Positions 51,782 to 60,627 of a DNA stretch of 64,000 nt are shown here, piece after piece. Made by a program: the position numbers and the translations under genes. The stretch is from an uncultured Eubacteriales bacterium (GTDB taxonomy: Bacteria > Bacillota > Clostridia > Oscillospirales > CAG-382), in contig CAKSUT010000007.1 of NCBI GenBank assembly GCA_934502885.1, forward strand, positions 2,951 to 66,950. The letters run 5' to 3'. Position 1 is the stretch's first letter; every line of letters begins with the position of its first letter. The notes under the pieces were generated by a model, which was not told the origin of the DNA, searched no databases, and worked only from the letters and a program-made list of their open reading frames with translations.

Positions 51782-52182
51782 TTTATCTCCTCCTTGTTTC
51801 CGAGTCCCTCCGAGTCCGCCGCAAGAGACAGCATACCGGCAAGCTCATCAAGTCCGATACCGGCGTTTTTCGCCGCATACGCCGCCTTTTTCAGATGCTC
51901 CGCTATTTCCGTCCTCGCTCTTTCCCTCTCGGTCTCGGCGTCCTTTTCGGCGACGTAGCTGCCCTTTCCGGCTACCGTGTATATGTAACCCTCCCGTTCA
52001 AGCTCCTCATAGGCACGCTTTGTGGTGATAACGCTTATGCCGAGGTCCTTGGCGAGGTTTCTTATCGACGGCAGAGCCTCGTTTTCACGCAGATTGCCGC
52101 AGGTTATCTCACGCTTAAGTCCGTCGAGTATCTGCTCGTATATGGGTTTTGCCGACGAGGGATGTATTATAAGATTCATCAT
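51778..52182 (-). CDS. GntR family (YtrA-subfamily) transcriptional regulator
   Basis: GGAGG SD. PIYEQI..LPSIRNLAKDLGISVITTKRAYEELEREGYI winged HTH and a short C-terminal helical domain. Its stop overlaps the ATPase start (ATGA). Confidence 0.9.
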   Translation of the reverse strand: MMNLIIHPSSAKPIYEQILDGLKREITCGNLRENEALPSIRNLAKDLGISVITTKRAYEELEREGYIYTVAGKGSYVAEKDAETERERARTEIAEHLKKAAYAAKNAGIGLDELAGMLSLAADSEGLGNKEEIK

Positions 52183-52197
52183 CCGCCTCCGTGTTTA

Positions 52198-52239
52198 ACT
52201 GTGTATATACAGTATATACAGTTATCAGCCGTTTGTCAA
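52198..52239 (-). promoter_or_regulatory. promoter of the GntR-ABC operon with an overlapping AT-rich repeat/palindrome (candidate operator)
   Basis: Minus strand: TTGACA (52239-52234), 17 nt, TATACT (52216-52211). AACTGTGTATATACAGTATATACAGTT (52197-52223) contains the 10-bp palindrome TGTATATACA and a repeated GTATATACAG unit across the -10 element and the transcription start. Confidence 0.55.
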
Positions 52240-52429
52240 GTGTTTTTTCAAAATTCGTATAACTGCACAAAAAAGCGCCGCCGCATATGTGAAATATGAC
52301 AGATTATCACACTGCATACAATTTTTATGTGCAAACAGAACGCCGTCACGTAAAATTAAGAAAATGCGGACGGTGTTTTCACTTTGACAGGGTATAATGC
52401 AGACAGAGAAAAAGAAAGGAAGTGCCGCA

Positions 52430-53245
52430 ATGGGAACATATCAGGGAAACTTCATGCGTGCGGAGAGCAAATATCTGCTCACGCTTTCGCAGTACCGTCT
52501 GCTTATGTCCGCACTGAAAGGAAAGCTTGTACCCGACAAATACCCCGAATACGCTCTCCGGAGCATTTACTTCGATACGGACGACGACATCATGATCCGC
52601 CGCTCGATAGAAAAGACGCAGTACAAAGAGAAGCTTCGGCTCAGAAGCTACGGCGAAGCGGACGGCTCCACGACGGTATTTCTCGAAATAAAGAAGAAGT
52701 ATCAAGGAATAGTGGGTAAGCGTCGTATTTCTCTTCCGTATCGCACCGCAACCGAATATCTTGCCGCACGTGCGGTCGGTGAAAAGCCTCCGGATATTCC
52801 GCTTCGGGACGGTGAACGCCAGATTTTCTCGGAGATAGATTATCTTGTCGGTCTGTACAGACCCGTGCCGAAGCAGTACGTATACTACGAAAGGGAAGCC
52901 TTTACCTACGCAGAGGACAGCGAGGTACGCATAACCTTCGACAAAAATATCACGGGTCGGCGTGAAAATCTCACTCTCGGCGGCGAAAACTACGGGAGCG
53001 TCATAATCGGCGACGATATGCGCCTTATGGAGGTCAAGGTCCCGGGCTGCATACCGTTTGAAATATCGAGAATACTCTCCGTACTTGAAATCCGTCCGAC
53101 ATCATTCTCAAAGTACGGGACATTTTACAAAGAATACATATTACAAAATCAAAGGGAGGAACCGTCATGTTTGAAAGCATCTGCACCGTCAGCGAATCCG
53201 GCTCGCTTATCTTCACTCCGTCCGCAACCATCATTTGCACAATGA
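52430..53245 (+). CDS. VTC-domain (polyphosphate-polymerase-like, CYTH-like tunnel) protein
   Basis: Start ATG 52430 (AAAGGAAG SD). MRAESKYLL.., IYFDTDD, EKLRLRSY and FLEIKKK strands are typical of bacterial VTC-domain proteins. The 3' end overlaps the next gene by 79 nt. Confidence 0.8.
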   Translation: MGTYQGNFMRAESKYLLTLSQYRLLMSALKGKLVPDKYPEYALRSIYFDTDDDIMIRRSIEKTQYKEKLRLRSYGEADGSTTVFLEIKKKYQGIVGKRRISLPYRTATEYLAARAVGEKPPDIPLRDGERQIFSEIDYLVGLYRPVPKQYVYYEREAFTYAEDSEVRITFDKNITGRRENLTLGGENYGSVIIGDDMRLMEVKVPGCIPFEISRILSVLEIRPTSFSKYGTFYKEYILQNQREEPSCLKASAPSANPARLSSLRPQPSFAQ

Positions 53246-53850
53246 TATCCCTATTTCTCGGAATAATCGCATCTCTCTACTGCGTGAAATTCGCCGGGAC
53301 GTCGAAGAACTTCTCGACCGCAATAGCGGTTCTGCCGGTCATCGTGCAGGGCGTTATAATGGCGGTAAACGGCAATCTCGGCTACGGAGTCGCAGTACTC
53401 GGAGCATTCGGACTTGTGCGTTTCCGTTCGGCGGCAGGCACATCAAAGGAAATTGCCCTCATATTTCTCGCAATGGCGGTGGGACTTATAGACGCCATGG
53501 GTTACATAGGCTACTCTGTCTGCCTTGCGGCAATCGTACTCGGAGTAATGACGCTTCTTGATGTCACAGGCTTCGGAGAAAGTGCCGACGGCAAAAGGAC
53601 TCTCACGGTGTCGATACCGGAAAACCTCGACTATGAAGAAGTTTTCAGCGATATTTTCGAGAAATACACCTCGTCAAGCACCCTTGAAAAGGTAAAAACC
53701 ACAAATCTCGGAAGTATGTTTGAGTTAAGATACACGGTAAAGCTCGGGAACGGTATTTCCGAAAAGGCGTTTTTGGACGCAATCAGATGCCGCAACGGAA
53801 ACCTCACAGTAAGCCTTTCGAGAGCATATGCGCAAAGGGATGAACTTTAA
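53167..53850 (+). CDS. DUF4956 domain-containing membrane protein
   Basis: AGGGAGG SD. 4 TM helices including ..GLVRFRSAAGTSKEIALIFLAMAVGL.., then a soluble ~90-aa C-terminal domain. Confidence 0.8.
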   Translation: MFESICTVSESGSLIFTPSATIICTMISLFLGIIASLYCVKFAGTSKNFSTAIAVLPVIVQGVIMAVNGNLGYGVAVLGAFGLVRFRSAAGTSKEIALIFLAMAVGLIDAMGYIGYSVCLAAIVLGVMTLLDVTGFGESADGKRTLTVSIPENLDYEEVFSDIFEKYTSSSTLEKVKTTNLGSMFELRYTVKLGNGISEKAFLDAIRCRNGNLTVSLSRAYAQRDEL

Positions 53851-53885
53851 TCATGAAAAGCATAAAAAAGAAAGGAGTCATCGTT

Positions 53886-55913
53886 ATGACGCTCGGCAAA
53901 GTAACCGCTCTTCTGCTCGCACTTCTCACCTCATGCACGGGAGCGGTAACGGTATCACCGACCGTGACAGCCGAAGAAATTACGGCCACCGACGCCGCAG
54001 GAACGGCTTACGTCTGCGAATTTGACGACAGCGACCGCACCTTTTCGGGGTACGACGAAAGCGAATGCACATCGATAGCATTCTCGGACGGAAATGTCAC
54101 GATTTCGGGCGACGGTGCGGAATCTGTGAACGGCGGCGTTAAAATAACAACGAAAGGCACGTATCTTATCACGGGAACCTCCGACGACGGCGGCATTACG
54201 GTTGACGTTGAAAGCGGCAGGGTGAAGCTTCTTCTCGGAGGCGTTTCGCTTACAAAAAAGAGCGCTCCCGTCATAAACGTGATAAGCGCTAAGAGCGTCA
54301 CAATAACTGCTCTTGACGGCACGGAAAACACTCTCTCCGACAGCGGAGATTATGCCACTGACGAAAACACTGACGAGGATGCGGCGATTTACTCCAAGGA
54401 GGATCTTATTCTCAACGGCACGGGTTCTCTCACGGTCACGGGAACGTACAACGGCATAAAGAGCAAGGACTCGCTCTCGGTCGCCGAGGGAACGCTCACG
54501 GTAACTGCCGAAAACAACGGCATTGTCGGCAAGGACTATATTGACATCACAGGCGGCACGGTAAACGTCACCGCAAAAAACAACGGAATAAAGTCAACGA
54601 ACACCGACGAGGGTCTCGGATACATTCGCATAACCGGAGGAAATATCACCGTAAATGCCGACGATACGGCGCTTAACGCGGAAAACGCGTTATTTGTCTC
54701 GGACGGAACTCTTGATATCGTCGCCGGCGGCGGAGCGGAAAACGCACCCGAACACACAGAGAGCTTCGGCAAAGGTCCGGGCGGCTTCGGAGGCAATCGT
54801 CCAAACAGCGAACGTCCCGGCAGGGGTACAGATGAACAGCCGAACGGCAACATAGGCACCTCTTCGGGCGGTGAGCGTCCCGACAGCGGAAGCACCGCCG
54901 ACAATCCTCCCACTCCCCCGGAGGGAAACTTCGGCAGTCGTCCGAACGGTGACGGCGGCGTCCCTCCGAGCTTTCCGAACAGTGACGGCAAGGGCTTTCC
55001 CGGCGGCATGGTGCCGAACGGCAACGGACAAACCGAAGCTACCGACAGCACCGAAAGCACCTCCGGCAAAGGTATAAAATCGCAGTACATATCGATAAGC
55101 GGCGGCAGTTTCACTCTTGATACGGCGGACGATGCGATTCACTCGAACGGCTCTGCCGACATAACGGGCGGAGAATTTGCGATTCGCTCCGGCGACGATG
55201 CGATTCACGCAGACGAGACCGTTACGGTAAGCGGCGGCGTCATAAAAATCGAGACGTGCTACGAGGGCATTGAGGGTGCGGTTGTTGCAATTGACGGCGG
55301 CGACATTGACATCACGGCAAGCGACGACGCGGTAAATGCGGCAAGCTCCGAAAAAGCGAAGGACGAAATAGGCATAACGATAGGCGGCGGCAAGGTCGTG
55401 ATATCCGCCGGAAGCGACGGCATCGACTCGAACGGTTATTTCAACCTCTCGGGCGGCGAGGTTTACATAAGCTGCCGCATGACCGGCGGCGACGGTCCTA
55501 TTGACCACGACGGAGTATTCACCGTCACGGGAGGACTTCTTCTCTCGACCGGCGGAGGCACAGCTGACAGCAAAGGGTATACGGTCGCCGACGGCATGAC
55601 CTGCACGAACCTCAGCATATCTGATGTACCGACAGGCAAAGCGGTTTCGGTAAAGGATTCGGACGGAAACGTGATAGCTTCCCACACCTTCGACAAAAGC
55701 GGAAGCGGAATATTTCTCATAACCTCCGTACTTTCCGAGGGTGATACCTTCACTGTGGAATGCGGCGGTGAGATTCTTTCCGAGGCGGCGGCGACAAAAA
55801 CGCCTGCGTCGGTCGGCGGCTTCGGCGGCATGGGCGGCAGACCCGGCTTCGGCGGCAATGGCGGCACTGACTTTCCCGGAGGCGGCAAGGGCTTCGGCGG
55901 ACAGGCCGGATAA
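53886..55913 (+). CDS. surface lipoprotein with Cthe_2159-like carbohydrate-binding beta-helix repeats and Gly/Pro-rich linkers
   Basis: Start ATG 53886 (AAAGGAG SD 8 nt upstream) is preferred over 53853. Lipobox LLALLTSC. Repeated rungs ITGGTVNVTAKNNGIKS, ISGGSFTLDTADDAIHS, and VSGGVIKIETCYEGIEG. Confidence 0.75.
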   Translation: MTLGKVTALLLALLTSCTGAVTVSPTVTAEEITATDAAGTAYVCEFDDSDRTFSGYDESECTSIAFSDGNVTISGDGAESVNGGVKITTKGTYLITGTSDDGGITVDVESGRVKLLLGGVSLTKKSAPVINVISAKSVTITALDGTENTLSDSGDYATDENTDEDAAIYSKEDLILNGTGSLTVTGTYNGIKSKDSLSVAEGTLTVTAENNGIVGKDYIDITGGTVNVTAKNNGIKSTNTDEGLGYIRITGGNITVNADDTALNAENALFVSDGTLDIVAGGGAENAPEHTESFGKGPGGFGGNRPNSERPGRGTDEQPNGNIGTSSGGERPDSGSTADNPPTPPEGNFGSRPNGDGGVPPSFPNSDGKGFPGGMVPNGNGQTEATDSTESTSGKGIKSQYISISGGSFTLDTADDAIHSNGSADITGGEFAIRSGDDAIHADETVTVSGGVIKIETCYEGIEGAVVAIDGGDIDITASDDAVNAASSEKAKDEIGITIGGGKVVISAGSDGIDSNGYFNLSGGEVYISCRMTGGDGPIDHDGVFTVTGGLLLSTGGGTADSKGYTVADGMTCTNLSISDVPTGKAVSVKDSDGNVIASHTFDKSGSGIFLITSVLSEGDTFTVECGGEILSEAAATKTPASVGGFGGMGGRPGFGGNGGTDFPGGGKGFGGQAG

Positions 55914-55945
55914 AAAAAAGAGCGTCGGGCAAAACGTCCGGCGCT
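55912..55945. terminator. bidirectional terminator between the lipoprotein gene and smc
   Basis: A8 run, then an AGCGTCGG..CCGGCGCT hairpin. It reads as hairpin plus T8 on the minus strand, downstream of smc. Confidence 0.6.
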
Positions 55946-55962
55946 TATGTGTTTTCTCTGTT

Positions 55963-58900
55963 TTAAAGCTTAAGTCCCGTCTTCTTCTCGACCTCATCTA
56001 TATTGACCTTTAGGAAGTTGGATATACCCTTCTCCTGCATGGCGACGCCGTAGAGTGTGTCAGCCGCTTCCATTGTTCCTCGGCGGTGGGTGATGACGAT
56101 GAACTGCGTGTTTTTGCTGTTCTTTCTCAGATATGCGCCGTAGCGTGCAACGTTTACGTCGTCAAGAGCCGCCTCAATCTCGTCGAAGATGTAGAAAGGT
56201 GCCGGGTTTACCTTGAGTATCGCAAAGTAGAGCGCTATTGCGGTGAACGCCTGCTCGCCGCCAGACAGGAGCGATATGCTCTTGACCATCTTTCCCGGCG
56301 GTTGGACGTTTATCTCAATTCCGCTCTCGAGTATGTTTTCGGGATCGCTTACGACAATCTCCGCATGACCGCCTCCGAAAAGCTCGCTGAACACTTCTCC
56401 GAAGTGACGGTTAATCTCCTCAACCGCCTTTGAAAAGAGGTTCTTCATGTCCTTTTCGAGAAGTGCTATTACGTTCTCAAGGCTCTTTTTGGACGCCTCA
56501 AGGTCGTTTATCTGCGAGGTCATGAAGTCGTATCTTTCCTTCTGCTCGCGGAAGTCCTCAACAGCGTTGACGTTGACGCTTCCCAAAGCACGTATTTTCC
56601 CCTTGACCGACGCAAGCTCCGTCACAAACTCTTTCTCCGGCGGCGGTGGATTCATCTTGCATACCTCGGAATAGGTAAGCTCGTATTCCTCAAAGAGCTT
56701 TGCCGTGAGACTGTCGTACTCCTTGGCGCTGTTTTCAAGCACGGTTTCACAGCGCGTAAGTTCTCGGAAGTTTATTTCCTTGTCACGGATAAAATCTTTT
56801 TCGGCGGTGCGGTATTTGTTTGCGGACGTTTCACATTCGTTTACTGCCGCAAGCTTTTCGGAAAGCTCTGTTCTCTTTTCCGCAATTTTTGCGGTCAGAG
56901 TCTCTATCTCTCCGCTTCCGCCCTCGACGGCTTTCTTTACGTCCTCAAGGCGGCGGAGAATTTCATCGGCTTCGTTTTTAAGTCCCGCAACTCTCGCTTT
57001 TTCGTCATACAGACGGGTTTCGGCGGTGCTTTTCCTCTCGGCGCAGAGAGAGGTATTCTTTTCGGCGTTGCCGAGCTCCTCCTTTGCGGCGGAAAGCGCC
57101 GTTCTTGCGGCGTCGCACTCATCGGCGGCGTCGTATCTTGCGTTTTTAAGGCTCTCGGACTCGGCAGTGAGCAGTGCAAGCTTATCCTCAAGGACCTTTC
57201 TTTCCTCTGCCGCGGCGGCAAGTCTTTCGGCAAGCGTCGCGCCGGCGTACTCTCCGAGACGCGACACAATCATCGCGCGTCTCTCTTTAGCCGATTCTAT
57301 ACGCTCGCCGCAGAGCTTTATATCCTCATTCGCCTTATATAGAGCGGCGGCGGTATTGTCGAGGTCGTTGCGTATACTCTCGATAAACAGCGCCGACTCG
57401 TTCTTTGCCTCAAGGCACTCCTTAATTTCGGCGTTTACCTTGGCAATTGCGCCCTCTGTCTTTTTGATGCGTTCCTCAAATTTTTCAATGTCCGCGCCTC
57501 TGGACATAATGCCGGTCTTGAACGCCGCAGAGCCGCCCGTATACGAACCGCCGGCGTTGATTACCTGACCGTCGAGAGTCACGACCTTGAATTTGAAAGA
57601 AAAGCGTCTTGCAATTCCGGAAGCCGAATCGATGTTGTCGGCAACAACGGTTCTTCCGAGAAGATACTTTGCAACGCTGTCGTATTTTCTGTCGTAGGAA
57701 ACAAGCTCCGAGCCGATACCGACGAAGCCTTTCAGTCCCGAAAATTCCGATCTGTCCGCAGCTCTGCCGTTTATCGAGGTGAGCGGAAGGAAGGTTGCAC
57801 GTCCGGCATTCTGATCCTTAAGGTGACGTATGCCTGCCTTTGCGCTGTCCTCATTCTCGACGACGATATTCGACACCGCCGCACCGAGAGCCGTCTCTAT
57901 TGCCGTGACGTAGCTCTGATCGGTCGGCGTGAGTATGCGCGAAACGGGTCCGCATATACCGTGAAGGTCGCTGTTCATAATCGCTTTGACGCTTCCGGGA
58001 TATCCTTCGAGAAGTCTGTCCATGCGCTCGAGGTTTTCCTTGCGCTGTGTGTCAGACGCAAGCAGTGCGGAAAGCTCGCCCTTTTTACGGGTAAGCTCAT
58101 CGTGGCGCGCCGCCGACTTTGCAAGCTCCTGTTCCTCGTCCGAAAGGGACGCGGCAAGGTCGTTCTTTTCCTCGGTAAGCGACTTTGCACGGTGCGTACA
58201 TTCGGCAAGCTTTTCCGTTGCGTCGGCAATTTCGGCGTCGGTTTTGTCAAGCTCTGCCGTGATAAACTCACGCTGTTCCGCCTCGGATTTTTCTGCGTTT
58301 TCCGCCGCCGCTTCCTTAATTTTGGCGTTGGTAAGCTCGTTCTGCACGCTTCTCACGCGCTCGCCCGACTCCTCAAAAGCCTTTTCGGCAGCCGCAAGCC
58401 TGTCCTCAGCCTCGGACACTCTTGCGGCAACGGTATCGGTCTTTGCCGTTTTTTCGCCGGCAAGCTTCGCCGACTCCTCATATTTAAGTGTCGCCTCGGC
58501 AAGAAGAGCCGTGAGCGACGGCAGAGTCTTTTCCTCTGCGTCCTTTATCTGCGAAAGAAGACTTTCGCGCGTCGCCTTGTGGTGCATGATATCGTTTTCA
58601 GAGAGAGACTTTAAGCTTTCAAGGCGGTTCTTCTCGCTTTCAAGCTCCGACAGCTCTTCACGCGCGGTTTCCGCGTTATAGGAAAGCACCTGTTTTTCGG
58701 CGTAAAGCTCCTCGAGCTTTTTCTCGGTTTCATCAAGCTGTCTTTCGACGGTTTCGTATGCCGTTCTCGCCTCTTCGGTCTTTACCTTATACGCCGCGCT
58801 TTCGTTGCCTGCCTTGGTTATTCTGTCGAACCATATCGATATTTCAAGCTCTTTTTTGCGGTCGGCAAGCACGATGTATTTTTTTGCGTTTTCCGCTTCC

Positions 58901-59520
58901 TTTTCGAGAGACCCGAGACGCGAGCCTATCTCGCCGGCAATGTCGCTTACTCTGACAAGATTTGCGTCGGTTTCGCCGAGCTTCTTTTCGGCGTCGTTCT
59001 TTCTGTAGCGGAATTTCGATATGCCTGCGGCTTCCTCAAAGATGTGGCGTCTCTCGTCGCTCTTCTGGGACAGCACCTCGGCGATTTTTCCCTGACCGAC
59101 GACGGAATAACCCTCACGTCCGATACCGGTATTGAGGAAAAGCTCGTATATATCCTTGAGTCTCGAAGCCTTTTCGTTTATCTTATATTCGCTGTCGCCG
59201 GTGCGGAAATATTTTCGCGTTATCTTGACCTCGTCGGTATCGCAGGCAAGCTCTCTCTTTTTGTTGTCCATGATGAGAGATACCTCGCAGTAGCCGGTCG
59301 CCGGTCTTTTCGCCGTACCGCAGAAGATAACGTCCTCCATCTTCGAGCCTCGCAAGGACTTCGGAGACATTTCGCCGAGAACCCACCTGACCGCGTCGGA
59401 AATATTAGATTTTCCGCTTCCGTTAGGACCTACGACCGCGGTGATGCCGTCGCCGAATTCCATTTTCGTCCTGTCCGGGAACGACTTGAAGCCCCTCATT
59501 TCAAGAGCCTTTAATCTCAT
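55963..59520 (-). CDS. smc: chromosome segregation protein SMC
   Basis: 1185 aa. Walker A GPNGSGKSN, long coiled coils, a central hinge, and C-terminal LSGGEQAFTAIAL and IFDEIEAALD. Confidence 0.95.
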   Translation of the reverse strand: MRLKALEMRGFKSFPDRTKMEFGDGITAVVGPNGSGKSNISDAVRWVLGEMSPKSLRGSKMEDVIFCGTAKRPATGYCEVSLIMDNKKRELACDTDEVKITRKYFRTGDSEYKINEKASRLKDIYELFLNTGIGREGYSVVGQGKIAEVLSQKSDERRHIFEEAAGISKFRYRKNDAEKKLGETDANLVRVSDIAGEIGSRLGSLEKEAENAKKYIVLADRKKELEISIWFDRITKAGNESAAYKVKTEEARTAYETVERQLDETEKKLEELYAEKQVLSYNAETAREELSELESEKNRLESLKSLSENDIMHHKATRESLLSQIKDAEEKTLPSLTALLAEATLKYEESAKLAGEKTAKTDTVAARVSEAEDRLAAAEKAFEESGERVRSVQNELTNAKIKEAAAENAEKSEAEQREFITAELDKTDAEIADATEKLAECTHRAKSLTEEKNDLAASLSDEEQELAKSAARHDELTRKKGELSALLASDTQRKENLERMDRLLEGYPGSVKAIMNSDLHGICGPVSRILTPTDQSYVTAIETALGAAVSNIVVENEDSAKAGIRHLKDQNAGRATFLPLTSINGRAADRSEFSGLKGFVGIGSELVSYDRKYDSVAKYLLGRTVVADNIDSASGIARRFSFKFKVVTLDGQVINAGGSYTGGSAAFKTGIMSRGADIEKFEERIKKTEGAIAKVNAEIKECLEAKNESALFIESIRNDLDNTAAALYKANEDIKLCGERIESAKERRAMIVSRLGEYAGATLAERLAAAAEERKVLEDKLALLTAESESLKNARYDAADECDAARTALSAAKEELGNAEKNTSLCAERKSTAETRLYDEKARVAGLKNEADEILRRLEDVKKAVEGGSGEIETLTAKIAEKRTELSEKLAAVNECETSANKYRTAEKDFIRDKEINFRELTRCETVLENSAKEYDSLTAKLFEEYELTYSEVCKMNPPPPEKEFVTELASVKGKIRALGSVNVNAVEDFREQKERYDFMTSQINDLEASKKSLENVIALLEKDMKNLFSKAVEEINRHFGEVFSELFGGGHAEIVVSDPENILESGIEINVQPPGKMVKSISLLSGGEQAFTAIALYFAILKVNPAPFYIFDEIEAALDDVNVARYGAYLRKNSKNTQFIVITHRRGTMEAADTLYGVAMQEKGISNFLKVNIDEVEKKTGLKL

Positions 59521-59551
59521 CCGTCTACCGTCCTTTCGTGTAAAACTCTGT

Positions 59552-60625
59552 TCATTTACACTTTATCTTTTCGAGGTATACCCTCACGGCGTGCAGCTTT
59601 TCGATATCCGCACACTCCTTTATTTTCACGTGTCTGAGCTTTATGCCGTGTACACGCACACACTCCGCCGCTTTTTCCTTGTTCTCCCTCTTTTGCCCTG
59701 CGACCTTTGAGGTCTCGCCGATTCCGCAGAGAATGACAAGGTCGTAAACGGCAGTCTTTTCGGCGTCCGGAACGCTCGCTGCGGCGTTTTCCGTCAGCGG
59801 CAGAAGCTTATCGAGGTACACCTTTGAGAACGCCCTCTCGCCTACGGCGCTGTGGGACGCACCGGCGTAAACCTTCTCCGGGGAAAGTCCCTCCCCCGAC
59901 TGAAGTCCGACACGAAGGAGCGTGACGCCGTATCTGTCGAACACCTTTATGCATTCCGCCGCTCTGTCCGCACCCTCTCGGTCGGTAATGGGCGTATACA
60001 TTCCCTCGCGCGCCATATCGCAAAGAGGCGTATCGTAAAAAACAACGCACGGATATATCCTTGCGCTGTCCGCACCCATTTCGCAGATTCTCTCTGCGGT
60101 GTACAACTCGTCGGCGACCGACGAACCCGGAAGTCCGACCATCATCTGTCCCGTGAGAGAAAAGCCGTGCTTTACGACAAGCTCACACGCTCTCTCGCTT
60201 ATCTCCGCGGTGTGTCCCCTTCTTGACGCCGCAAGCACCGAGTCACTCATGCTCTGTATGCCGAGTTCTATATGACGGACGCCGTACTCCGAAAGTATCC
60301 CGAGAATTTCCTCATCGATGAAATCCGGGCGTGTGGAGAGGCGTATCGACGCAACCTCTCCCCTTTTTATGTATTCGTATGCATCGCGCAGAAGTCTTGT
60401 CATGACGGCGCGGTCGATTCCCGTAAAGCTTCCTCCGAAGAAAGCAATCTCGACCTCAGAGCCGTCCTTATCGGCAATTCCCGAAAGTGCCTTCTCTATC
60501 TCGGGTCTTATATCTCTGTCCGCCTTTTCCGAGGTCTGCGTGATGGAATGCTGGTTGCAGAAAACGCAGTTGTTCGGACAGCCCTCGTGCGGAATAAATA
60601 CGGGTATGTTTATGTGTCTTTTCAC
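59552..60625 (-). CDS. radical SAM protein (ELP3-like core without an acetyltransferase domain)
   Basis: CPNNCVFCNQ (CxxxCxxC) at the N-terminus and a TIM-barrel-like radical SAM core; 357 aa. Confidence 0.8.
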   Translation of the reverse strand: MKRHINIPVFIPHEGCPNNCVFCNQHSITQTSEKADRDIRPEIEKALSGIADKDGSEVEIAFFGGSFTGIDRAVMTRLLRDAYEYIKRGEVASIRLSTRPDFIDEEILGILSEYGVRHIELGIQSMSDSVLAASRRGHTAEISERACELVVKHGFSLTGQMMVGLPGSSVADELYTAERICEMGADSARIYPCVVFYDTPLCDMAREGMYTPITDREGADRAAECIKVFDRYGVTLLRVGLQSGEGLSPEKVYAGASHSAVGERAFSKVYLDKLLPLTENAAASVPDAEKTAVYDLVILCGIGETSKVAGQKRENKEKAAECVRVHGIKLRHVKIKECADIEKLHAVRVYLEKIKCK

Positions 60626-60627
60626 GG

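Noticed and set aside
54690-55997. A 435-aa minus-strand ORF antisense to the beta-helix lipoprotein gene. The track also lists plus-strand ORFs antisense to smc (56705-57568, 57823-58681).
   Set aside because: The translations are Arg/Ala/Ser-rich nonsense-like sequence produced by repetitive Gly/Asp or Glu/Lys/Ala codons on the true strand. The true-strand genes have clear motifs.
55963-59520. The SMC-like ATPase as part of a defence system (Wadjet/Lamassu-type).
   Set aside because: It is a canonical 1185-aa SMC with a hinge and full coiled coils in the housekeeping topA-plsX-rnc-smc neighbourhood. There are no JetABCD/LmuAB partner genes.
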